Source: an uncultured Candidatus Saccharibacteria bacterium (lineage in GTDB: Bacteria > Patescibacteriota > Saccharimonadia > Saccharimonadales > JAGQNJ01). Taken from it: a DNA stretch of 51,958 nt. How positions within the stretch are numbered: position 1 is the first letter of the stretch; each line of letters begins with the position of its first letter. The notes beneath the pieces are model-generated. The model worked only from the letters and a program-made list of their open reading frames with translations. It made no database searches and was not told the origin of the DNA. The position numbers and the translations under genes are program-made. Location of the stretch: assembly GCA_964590205.1 (NCBI GenBank), contig CAZPVO010000005.1, positions 1 to 51,958 of the forward strand, read 5' to 3'. Positions 19,871-28,123 of the stretch are shown here, one piece after another.

Positions 19871-20515
19871 ATGGATCACATGCCTGCTCCACTTCAAGAG
19901 CTCTTGGCGGATACAAGAGTTAAGGAATTTCCAATTGGTCAAATTCTGGTTTACGCAGGCGATGAAGTAAGTGATGTTTTTGTCCTGAAGTCTGGTTACG
20001 TAAAAATCTACGACATCGATGATGATGGCAATGAAAAAATTCTTCACATTGTTGATTCACCAAGCCTCGTGCCATTAGCCTTCTTTTCAGGAAGCCATCC
20101 TGTTACCAGATGGTTCTACTCGGCACTCACCGATTGTGAAGTGTATGTGCTGCCGGCGACAGTATTGTTTGAAGCTATGAGCAATAGCGGCCCTTTATCC
20201 GTTGCCCTCATGAATGAATTCTCAAACGATGTCCACGAACTGCTTACACGTTTGAGTAGTCTAGGTAAAACAAAGGCAGTTGATAAAGTTATCGCTACGT
20301 TAAAATTTTTGGTTACCTGTATGGCTATTGAGCAAAAACCAGGTTGGTGGCGAGTGCCATTTATTATCAACCATCAGTTGTTGGCTGACATTAATGGCAT
20401 TACTCGTGAGAGCACTGCCGGAGTTATGAAAGATTTGCAAAACAAGAAAATTATTCGTAATCCTAAGCTCAATGTTCTTGAAATTAACAAAGAACGTTTG
20501 CTGAAGTACAAATAA
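19871..20515 (+). CDS. Crp/Fnr family transcriptional regulator
   Basis: cNMP-binding barrel (LKSGYVKIYDIDDDGNEKIL) and HTH (HQLLADINGITRESTA). Start set at ATG 19871. Confidence 0.9.
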   Translation: MDHMPAPLQELLADTRVKEFPIGQILVYAGDEVSDVFVLKSGYVKIYDIDDDGNEKILHIVDSPSLVPLAFFSGSHPVTRWFYSALTDCEVYVLPATVLFEAMSNSGPLSVALMNEFSNDVHELLTRLSSLGKTKAVDKVIATLKFLVTCMAIEQKPGWWRVPFIINHQLLADINGITRESTAGVMKDLQNKKIIRNPKLNVLEINKERLLKYK

Positions 20516-21787
20516 TTAGTGAGCAGTTGTATCTTCGATATGGTAAATTGTTCCAGTTTTGAAATCGGCTAGATATAATTCGCCTTTATTGTCTTCACCA
20601 AAAGTGCTAATTTGCGATGGCGACTTGAGTGCAAGCTTGGAGCTCCAATTGCCAGTAGTCTTCTCAGACCAGAAAACATCACCAGTACAAAAATCACCGT
20701 AAAAATAACGCCCGCTCATATTTGGATATTTTTGTCCGCGATATACATAGCCACCAGTCAGAGAACATTTTTTGTCTGCATGATCATATGTAATTGATGG
20801 AAAAATATAATTTGTTTTTGGCCCACAAGTGGCTTGATTGTACTCGAGCTGACCCTCCCAGCAACGCCAACCGTAATTATTACCACCTTTGTTACCAGCT
20901 TTTTCAACATTGATTTCTTCCATTTTGTCTTGGCCGACATCGGCAATATAGAAGTCGTTAGTCCCAGAGTCAAAACTTATTCGCCATGGATTCCTGAGCC
21001 CATAATCCCAAATCTCACCTTTTTTGTTTGCTTGATTTGCGAATGGATTGCTCGGTGGAACTTTGTACGGCAATGTTCGCACATCAATACGTAGAATTTT
21101 GCCAAAAAAGACATCGAGGTTTTGAGCACGATTTTCCGGATCACCGGCGCTGCCACCATCACCAACGGCGATATACAAGTAACCATCAGCTCCAAATAAT
21201 AAATCACCGCCTTTGTGATTAACATAAGGCTGCTTAAAGCGTAGTACTTCGGTTTCGCTTGCTGGATCGGCTTTATTTGTATCAGATGAAACTTTAAAGC
21301 GCGCCACAACAGTCTCTTGAGATTTATTGACGTAGTTAACGAAAAAGTAACCGTCTTTTGCATAGTATGGTGAAAAAGCCAACCCAAGCAGACCCATTTC
21401 GCCTTGTGCTAAAACCTTGCCACTAATATCTAAAAACGGTTGAGACGACACTTGGCCTTTTTCGTCTATGATGCGAATCTGACCTGATCTATCGAGGACA
21501 AACAAACGTTTATCATCTGCTTGTTTTGTCGATACAATCCCTGTTGGGCTCGTGAGTCCTATGGCAAATTGAGTCAGTTTAATACTGGGATCAGGTTTTT
21601 GTTGGGTGGTTGATTGAGCGGTGTTCTTTGGAGCAGGCCGGTTATTTTTATCTCGACCCATCAGGCGAAACATTATTAGCGAAGCAACAACCAAAATAAA
21701 TAGAATAATAAAGAAAATTATCTTCTTTGATGATTTCTTTACTTCAGGTTCTGCCTGTTCTTCTACAGGTGGTTTCATTTCATCCAT
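20516..21787 (-). CDS. PQQ-dependent glucose/sorbosone dehydrogenase family beta-propeller, N-terminally anchored
   Basis: Motifs GEMGLLGLAF, NHKGGDLLFGADGYLYIAVGDGG, GLRNPWRISFD and GGNNYGW. Confidence 0.9.
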   Translation of the reverse strand: MDEMKPPVEEQAEPEVKKSSKKIIFFIILFILVVASLIMFRLMGRDKNNRPAPKNTAQSTTQQKPDPSIKLTQFAIGLTSPTGIVSTKQADDKRLFVLDRSGQIRIIDEKGQVSSQPFLDISGKVLAQGEMGLLGLAFSPYYAKDGYFFVNYVNKSQETVVARFKVSSDTNKADPASETEVLRFKQPYVNHKGGDLLFGADGYLYIAVGDGGSAGDPENRAQNLDVFFGKILRIDVRTLPYKVPPSNPFANQANKKGEIWDYGLRNPWRISFDSGTNDFYIADVGQDKMEEINVEKAGNKGGNNYGWRCWEGQLEYNQATCGPKTNYIFPSITYDHADKKCSLTGGYVYRGQKYPNMSGRYFYGDFCTGDVFWSEKTTGNWSSKLALKSPSQISTFGEDNKGELYLADFKTGTIYHIEDTTAH

Positions 21788-21791
21788 GATT

Positions 21792-22244
21792 TTAACTAAC
21801 TTCTTTTTCTAAGTGATCACTTGCGCTAACACCTTGTTTTTGGGTAATACGATTTAGGGCTGCCATTTGCTCGTCTTGCATGTTTGCAAGATACGTCAGG
21901 GTTTGATGATCTACTTCAGCTTTGGCGTCGTTCTGAGCTTGAGTTTTGTTTTGACTGCGCTGAATTGCTGGCAATGCCCACCATTGAATCCAGCTGCCCG
22001 AAATAACACCGAGCGTAACTTTAATATCTGTCGGTGCTTTTATGATAAGTAACGGTACGATGAGCGCAATATCAAACAACCAGATCGAAGCCAGTACATG
22101 GTTAGTAATCCATTCCAGGAAGGCGTCATTAGCATAAGCAAAAGCGTTTTGCTTCTTCTTTTGCTGTTTAGTGGCCTCGAGTATTTCTTTTGGATGCCGA
22201 ACCTGATGGTGTGCGGCAGCTTGGTGATTTTTTTCGAGCGACAT
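21792..22244 (-). CDS. DUF1003-like membrane protein
   Basis: Two TM segments followed by QRSQN...AKAEVDH, resembling DUF1003. Confidence 0.55.
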   Translation of the reverse strand: MSLEKNHQAAAHHQVRHPKEILEATKQQKKKQNAFAYANDAFLEWITNHVLASIWLFDIALIVPLLIIKAPTDIKVTLGVISGSWIQWWALPAIQRSQNKTQAQNDAKAEVDHQTLTYLANMQDEQMAALNRITQKQGVSASDHLEKEVS

Positions 22245-22277
22245 ACACTGCTCCTTGTTGCTTATGCTTCAAGTATA

Positions 22278-23312
22278 TCACCTGTGAGTGTCAAATAAAT
22301 GGCGCAGTGCTCTACTCACTCCTTCTGCCTTGGTGTAGTCAAGAAGATGTATGCCATGTGCTTCCCACTCACGTGCCTCACCGTGAAATGATCCAGGAAA
22401 TTTTGCTTTAGGACTTGTTCGATGCAGAATGCTGAAACCGATGTATCTAATAATCCGATCTTCTAAGCTACTTATCTCGCCCTCAGTGTGCCCATCGTCC
22501 AGATTCTCTACGTAAGATTTCATAAATAGATCAACAAATTCGAGTGCATGATCTCTTTGTGGGACGGGTGTTTCAATTAAATAATGGCACAGCAAATATG
22601 CTGGATCGTAGGCAGGATCACCAGTTGTTACTCGCTCTAAATCAAAAAACCGAGCTTTATCGCCCTCGACAAAAATATTCTTGGAAGCAAGGTCGCCCAA
22701 TAATAGAGTCCTTGATGCATTACCACGTTTTAGTAAGTAGTCAGTCATCGCTGGTGCGACCAGGTCAGCGGCCACTAAGCGATCTTTAAGATAATCAACC
22801 ATCGTATCGCCAAATAAATCGGGAGTTTTATCGCCGAGAATGTCTTTTAGTGTTTTGCCCTTTGTGACATTCTGAATAGTTGCCAATGTCTTTCCAAGCT
22901 GAACACCGACTTCTGGGTGAACTCGCCCGGCCTGTAACTCGTCAGTTAAAAGCTGACCACCACGACGAACATCACTGAGCACTAACACATGATTTTGTTC
23001 ATCATAATGTATAACTTCAGGGACGGTGCCAGGGACGATCTTGCCTAAGTACCTGAGTGCATCTGCTTCGATGCCTACTCGACGTAAATCTCTTACAATA
23101 CTCGAATCTTTTTTTGCGTGATCACGACCTTGTCTTACATAGAGTGTTTGCCCTAAATCGCCATTTGTAATGTCAACGGCAAACACCCAGTTAACCATAC
23201 TGTTTTCTGTGACCTCACGGCTATCAATAACTGTCGTTCCTACAGATAGGTTCGGCAGGATAACTTCTCGGGTGTATTCTTGGACATTGTCGCCAGCCAG
23301 CTGAATACTCAT
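22278..23312 (-). CDS. APH/methylthioribose-kinase-like phosphotransferase
   Basis: Motifs NWVFAV, VPEVIHYDEQNHVL, LLGDLASKNIF, FDLE and GDPAYD. Confidence 0.75.
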   Translation of the reverse strand: MSIQLAGDNVQEYTREVILPNLSVGTTVIDSREVTENSMVNWVFAVDITNGDLGQTLYVRQGRDHAKKDSSIVRDLRRVGIEADALRYLGKIVPGTVPEVIHYDEQNHVLVLSDVRRGGQLLTDELQAGRVHPEVGVQLGKTLATIQNVTKGKTLKDILGDKTPDLFGDTMVDYLKDRLVAADLVAPAMTDYLLKRGNASRTLLLGDLASKNIFVEGDKARFFDLERVTTGDPAYDPAYLLCHYLIETPVPQRDHALEFVDLFMKSYVENLDDGHTEGEISSLEDRIIRYIGFSILHRTSPKAKFPGSFHGEAREWEAHGIHLLDYTKAEGVSRALRHLFDTHR

Positions 23313-23522
23313 AAAACAATAATAACAAAAAATAGCAAAATTGTGGTGAAATATTCTAAATGATAATTGATCACCCCAGTGAAGCCTCTATAGCCGACTG
23401 TCTTGGTGCCCCAGGATATACTCCTTGTCGTCTCGCAGTAACACGTCATTGTGGCACATAAGTCATTGCAACCACTAAATAGCTAATGCTAAATTAACAA
23501 CATTTATGCACCACTGTTAAAC

Positions 23523-23550
23523 TTGACTAAAAATTTATGTTGTGTACGAT
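23523..23550 (+). promoter_or_regulatory. Sigma70-type promoter of the LysM-CHAP gene
   Basis: TTGACT-16 nt-TACGAT, followed by a ~110-nt leader. Confidence 0.5.
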
Positions 23551-23667
23551 TAAATTTCGTGCCTTTTTGCATGTGAGGTGGAAGAAGCACGGTTATACGG
23601 AGATAGCGTGGTGAGACGCTTATCTTCTCGTTGAATTAGAAATATATAACCTTCAAGGAGGGTACTA

Positions 23668-24408
23668 ATGCGTAAATCCGCATTTATTGCGGGGCTAGTT
23701 TTGTGCGTCCCAATTTTGGTGGCACGCCCCCATGCGCACGCCGAGGCGCCAAATATTTTGCTCGGTAATTCATCAACAATAACAGAGGGACAGAAAGCTT
23801 TACAGGTTGTCACGGCCAGTATCCATGCGCAGTCTGCTGAAGCTCCAAAACCTGTTGAGCACGTTGTGTCTGAAGGCGAAACTCTAACCAGTATCGCGCA
23901 GCAATATCAAACTTCATGGCAACGGCTATTTGCCAAAAATACACAGCTTGCTAATCCGAATGTTATTGATGTTGGCGTAAAAGTTACGATTCCCGCACCC
24001 GATGAACAGCTGGCTGATCGTGCTGTGCCGGAACCAACACCAGCATTGGAAGCAACTCCCAGATCAGTTACCAAGACTGCTGCAGTAAGCTCATACTCCT
24101 ACCGAGGAAGCTCCGGAGGCAATTCATATACGCCTGGTTACTGTACCTGGTATGCCAAAAGCCGCCGTCCAGATCTGCCAAATAATTTGGGCAATGCCAT
24201 TAGCTGGGTTTCCCAGGCTGCGGCTCAGGGTATTCCGACCGGTTCTACACCACAAGCCGGTGCTATTGGTCAGAGTGGTAACCATGTCGTGTACATTGAA
24301 AGTGTTAATGGTGATGGATCAGTAAATGTTAGCGAAATGAACCATGTTGGTGTGGGCATTGTCAGTACACGAACGGTAGCCGGCAATTACTTTAGTTACA
24401 TCTACTGA
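23668..24408 (+). CDS. Secreted LysM + CHAP domain peptidoglycan hydrolase
   Basis: Signal peptide, LysM (HVVSEGETLTSIA...NPNVIDVG) and CHAP (GYCTWYA, LGNAISW, NHVVYIESV, VSEMN). Confidence 0.92.
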   Translation: MRKSAFIAGLVLCVPILVARPHAHAEAPNILLGNSSTITEGQKALQVVTASIHAQSAEAPKPVEHVVSEGETLTSIAQQYQTSWQRLFAKNTQLANPNVIDVGVKVTIPAPDEQLADRAVPEPTPALEATPRSVTKTAAVSSYSYRGSSGGNSYTPGYCTWYAKSRRPDLPNNLGNAISWVSQAAAQGIPTGSTPQAGAIGQSGNHVVYIESVNGDGSVNVSEMNHVGVGIVSTRTVAGNYFSYIY

Positions 24409-25157
24409 GTTTTAGGAAGTTTGCCGGTAAGACAGTATTGAGCTATGCCGGCATAATGCCCAAGCGTTGTTCGCCTAACATGCATTTCGGCGCCATTTTC
24501 ATGTAAGACGTTGATAAGACCAATTTGATGCATCGGTGGAATAACTAAATCTCCTTCAGCAACAAGCAAACTCACTGGCTTCTCACGAAACACATTAGCA
24601 TAGGTTTCGGGCGCAAGTGGCTTCCAGGCAGTTATAAGCTGTTCTTTAGTGAATCCTTGTCGGCCTTCGAGGTCTTCACGGATGTTGCTGGTTCGCCCAC
24701 TATCCCATACTGTCTGGGCAAGGTTGCTACTGCCGGCTACAAATTGGGCTGTCGTAAAATAATCCAGTTCAGAGGCGACCATTGCAAGCGAAACACTCCC
24801 AAGACTTGCGCCAATTAAATGAACATCACGATAACCTTCGGTTGCGACTGCTTGGTTAACTTCATCACTCACCTGTTCCTGTATACGCCGAAACGAATCA
24901 AGAACCCTTATTACATTAGGCTCCAAAATTTCTCCACGAAAACGATAGCTTCTTACCGTGTGCCCACGATCAGCTAACCGTCCAGCCAGGCGATCATAAA
25001 AAAATCCACCATTGTGCCAGGGCGGAAATAGCACTACCAGACTTTCTTGTCCGGGTTTCAAGCTCTCGGTTCCTTCAATAGCGTCACGAGGATGGTAATC
25101 AGCGTTATGGAGAACATCGCTGGCTTTACCTCGGTGTATCATCAATCGATCAATCAT
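24402..25157 (-). CDS. Alpha/beta hydrolase fold protein
   Basis: Nucleophile elbow GASLG, acid in AEGDLVIP and C-terminal GH. Confidence 0.7.
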   Translation of the reverse strand: MIDRLMIHRGKASDVLHNADYHPRDAIEGTESLKPGQESLVVLFPPWHNGGFFYDRLAGRLADRGHTVRSYRFRGEILEPNVIRVLDSFRRIQEQVSDEVNQAVATEGYRDVHLIGASLGSVSLAMVASELDYFTTAQFVAGSSNLAQTVWDSGRTSNIREDLEGRQGFTKEQLITAWKPLAPETYANVFREKPVSLLVAEGDLVIPPMHQIGLINVLHENGAEMHVRRTTLGHYAGIAQYCLTGKLPKTQ

Positions 25158-25331
25158 GGGTACCTCTATAAACAATTATAAGTATAAAACAAAATGAACT
25201 ATTCGTCAAAATTGTGTAATCACACGAACATCTTATTGACATAATATAAAAAATGTATCAGTATATAAGTAAGTTAAGAGGAAGAGGGTCCTATTGGGCC
25301 CCTTTTTATTTATAGGAGTGTAGGAGTTTTT

Positions 25332-26123
25332 ATGTCAAAAAAAGTATTAATGTTTGTAACAATTGTTCTAGCAATGGTTGCAGTAAAAGGTGGCGTAGTG
25401 TCTGCAAAACCAGTAGACCAAGAAGATAATAAAGTAACAATTTGTCATCGTACAAACAGCGTGGTAAATCCGTACGTTCGTGAAACAGTTGACGCTGATT
25501 CAGCTGATGGCAATACCCAAAATGATAAAGGCCAAGGTGATCACTCGGAGCATACTGGTCCAATCGCAACTACTCCACAGGTTGCACAGGCTTTGAAAAA
25601 CAACAAGCAAGACTGGGGTGACATCATTCCAGCTCACGACAATTATGCAGGTCTTAACTGGACTGCTGAAGGTCAAGCTATGTACAGCAACAATTGTGAA
25701 TACGTTGAGCCAAACTTCGAAACAGCTCTCGTTGGCTACGATGTTGCTTGCCCACAGACTGCTGACGGGAAGGTAGTTGTAACACTTACCAACGACGGCG
25801 ACGTTGCCGGTTCAGCACTTGTAAACGGCAAAGGTTACGCTGTACCTGCTCACGGAACTGTTACCGTTGAGTTCGATCAAGGCGTAAAAATCGTAATCGT
25901 CATTAAAGACCAAACAGTTTACAATCAAACTCCTGTTTGTGAACAACCAGGTCGTGGTGGTGAGATGTCTAGCTCGGTAACTCCGACTTCAACTCCTCAA
26001 GTAGATGCTCCCAAAGCTGGTGTAAATGCTGGTGCAGGTCCACTTGCACTTGCTGCACTGCTTATGACTTCTGCTGCAAGCATTGGCCTTGGTGCTCTTC
26101 GCTTGCGAAAAGTTAACCGCTAA
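25332..26123 (+). CDS. Secreted protein with C-terminal sortase-type anchor; probable class F sortase substrate
   Basis: Signal peptide, KVTICHRT domain, then APKAGVNAG, a hydrophobic stretch and RLRKVNR; directly upstream of the sortase. Confidence 0.75.
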   Translation: MSKKVLMFVTIVLAMVAVKGGVVSAKPVDQEDNKVTICHRTNSVVNPYVRETVDADSADGNTQNDKGQGDHSEHTGPIATTPQVAQALKNNKQDWGDIIPAHDNYAGLNWTAEGQAMYSNNCEYVEPNFETALVGYDVACPQTADGKVVVTLTNDGDVAGSALVNGKGYAVPAHGTVTVEFDQGVKIVIVIKDQTVYNQTPVCEQPGRGGEMSSSVTPTSTPQVDAPKAGVNAGAGPLALAALLMTSAASIGLGALRLRKVNR

Positions 26124-26136
26124 TTTTAAACGGTAA

Positions 26137-26778
26137 TTGACTATGGCTAAGCGAGCCAAAACATTCAAGAATCGTCGCCGCACAACAATGTCGCAGTTGA
26201 TGATTCTGGTTGGCTTGCTTGGCCTTTTATATATTGCCTGGCAAGTTAACTATCAGCCAGTTACGCATGCCGAGCCAAGTGTTCAAGTTCCAGTAGTTGT
26301 AGCTAAACCATCTAATGTCACAACTTCCCTACAGCATTCCAATGCTACAGAGCTGCAAATCCCTGATATCGGAGTTAATGCACAAGTTATTAATGTTGGT
26401 AAGAAAGCAGATGGCACCATCCAGGTTCCATCTGACCCTAGCCAAGTTGGTCAATATCAAAACGCACCATCGCCTGGCGAAATTGGTCCGGCCATCATTG
26501 TTGGCCACGTTGATAGCATGAAAGGTCCAGCAGTTTTTTGGCGCTTACATCTGCTGCAACCTGGGGAAACGATAAAAATCGTTCGAGCTGACGGTACAAT
26601 AGCCACGTTTAAGATCAACAAAGTTGAAAATTTTTCGCAAGAAAATTTTCCCACCCAAGAGGTCTACGGCAATCTTGACTATCCCGGACTACGACTCATA
26701 ACCTGCGGTGGCTCATTCAATTATCTCACTCGTCACTACAGCGACAATACCGTCGTGTTCGCCACGTTAGTTCAGTAA
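26137..26778 (+). CDS. Class F sortase
   Basis: Motifs PGEIGPAIIVGHVDS, AVFWRL and LRLITCGG, with an N-terminal TM segment. Confidence 0.92.
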   Translation: MTMAKRAKTFKNRRRTTMSQLMILVGLLGLLYIAWQVNYQPVTHAEPSVQVPVVVAKPSNVTTSLQHSNATELQIPDIGVNAQVINVGKKADGTIQVPSDPSQVGQYQNAPSPGEIGPAIIVGHVDSMKGPAVFWRLHLLQPGETIKIVRADGTIATFKINKVENFSQENFPTQEVYGNLDYPGLRLITCGGSFNYLTRHYSDNTVVFATLVQ

Positions 26779-26920
26779 AACTTTTAAGCTCGACCAAGTT
26801 CGTTGAGCAACATCACAAGCTCTTGTTTACTTAGCATTGAGCAATCGACCTTTTTCTGCAGTTAAATATATCTCAGCATAAGGCAAGATATATACAACTT
26901 ATAAACCACGAACTACGGTT

Positions 26921-27481
26921 TTAATCATAAATTGATGGCGCGTTGCCCAGGGCCGTTCGAAGCTGCTGATAAACTTCTTCATCACCAGCTTGTTTTCGAA
27001 AGTAAGGTTGAGTGGACGGAACCATGAGTTGATCTTGTAGAATCGCTACTAAATCAGCTGCCACTGGATCAGAACCGTAGAATTCTTCGGCACTCTGGCC
27101 ACCAGGGTATCGTCTTTTACTGTCTCTAACGTGTTTAGTTCCTAAGACTTCTCTGACATTCTGATCGATTCGCTTGCGGGCATTTTCTACTTTAAATGCA
27201 CGTCTGCCCTGCACCTTATGGGTTAAATCTCCCTGTGCGAGGGAATCGAGTAAGCAACTCTCCATCACTTCACAGCCATCACATACTAAAATGTCATCCC
27301 GCTGAATCATTGGCCTTTTTGCATAAAAGATCTCAACAGGCGTTTCCGTTATACGGCAATTAGCTTTATCTTCCCATCCTCGCTCAATATTATTGCCTTC
27401 AACACCCTTATAGTCACTAAACATCGGATGTTGCCGAACAATTTCTTTTCCTTCTATAATTCTTTCTGCCGGGTCAGCCAT
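26921..27481 (-). CDS. WhiB-like Fe-S domain protein with C-terminal extension
   Basis: W..KANC...(F)...VCDGCEVMESCL gives the four-Cys C-Xn-C-X2-C-X5-C spacing. Confidence 0.65.
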   Translation of the reverse strand: MADPAERIIEGKEIVRQHPMFSDYKGVEGNNIERGWEDKANCRITETPVEIFYAKRPMIQRDDILVCDGCEVMESCLLDSLAQGDLTHKVQGRRAFKVENARKRIDQNVREVLGTKHVRDSKRRYPGGQSAEEFYGSDPVAADLVAILQDQLMVPSTQPYFRKQAGDEEVYQQLRTALGNAPSIYD

Positions 27482-27498
27482 GGTAATACCTCTAAAAA

Positions 27499-28083
27499 TT
27501 AGCGAGATTCGATCGAGACGGCGCTGATTTGCACGGCACCTTGCGTAACGACAACATCATTTACAATCGCTAAGCGCTGATTAGTAGCGGTTGGCGCATC
27601 TTTAATTGTTGTCCAGCTGGTGCAGACTTTATTGAATTGGTTATTCAAAGGAGTTGTTGGCACAAAATCATGAGGGTTGGTTTCGAGCCCGACAGGATAG
27701 CCAGGGACAATTGTGTACTCACCTGTCCAAAGCTGCAGTTTTGCTGTAACGCCAAATGGTGCTAAGTCGCGAGCCGTAACACAGTAGCGTTTTTCGAAGT
27801 TATCGCTAGAGAAATTCTTAGTTAGATTAAATTCAATATCTTTATCGTTACCATCATTGACGCTGTTGTTATAAATTGTCCAACCTTGGTTGTAAGACAT
27901 CCAGCCGGCTGGAGATTTGATATAGACGGGGCTTTTAATTAACTCATTGCTACCAGTTATCATCTGATAACTGTTCATATATTGGGTACGAGCTGATATT
28001 GGGCGATCAGTCGCCAAAACTGGTTGGGTCAGTACAACAACACTTAAAATTGATAAAACGACAGATGCAAAAAATCTTTTCAT
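27499..28083 (-). CDS. Secreted hypothetical protein
   Basis: Signal peptide MKRFFAS..PVLA. Start set at ATG 28083, 7 nt after TATAAT. Confidence 0.7.
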   Translation of the reverse strand: MKRFFASVVLSILSVVVLTQPVLATDRPISARTQYMNSYQMITGSNELIKSPVYIKSPAGWMSYNQGWTIYNNSVNDGNDKDIEFNLTKNFSSDNFEKRYCVTARDLAPFGVTAKLQLWTGEYTIVPGYPVGLETNPHDFVPTTPLNNQFNKVCTSWTTIKDAPTATNQRLAIVNDVVVTQGAVQISAVSIESR

Positions 28084-28123
28084 GAACTTAATTATAACAT
28101 AAGAATTAATGTAGGTCAATATC

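Noticed and set aside
23309-23449. 46-codon ORF with ATGA overlap onto the phosphotransferase start
   Set aside because: There is no SD or clear -10 at the right distance and the 3' part is low-complexity AT-rich sequence; it cannot be supported without homologues.
23550-23813. 87-aa minus-strand ORF
   Set aside because: It is antisense to the LysM gene and its leader; likely spurious.
25278-25312. Terminator-like hairpin just upstream of the sortase substrate gene (possible attenuator)
   Set aside because: The stem is imperfect and no antiterminator or leader peptide is visible.
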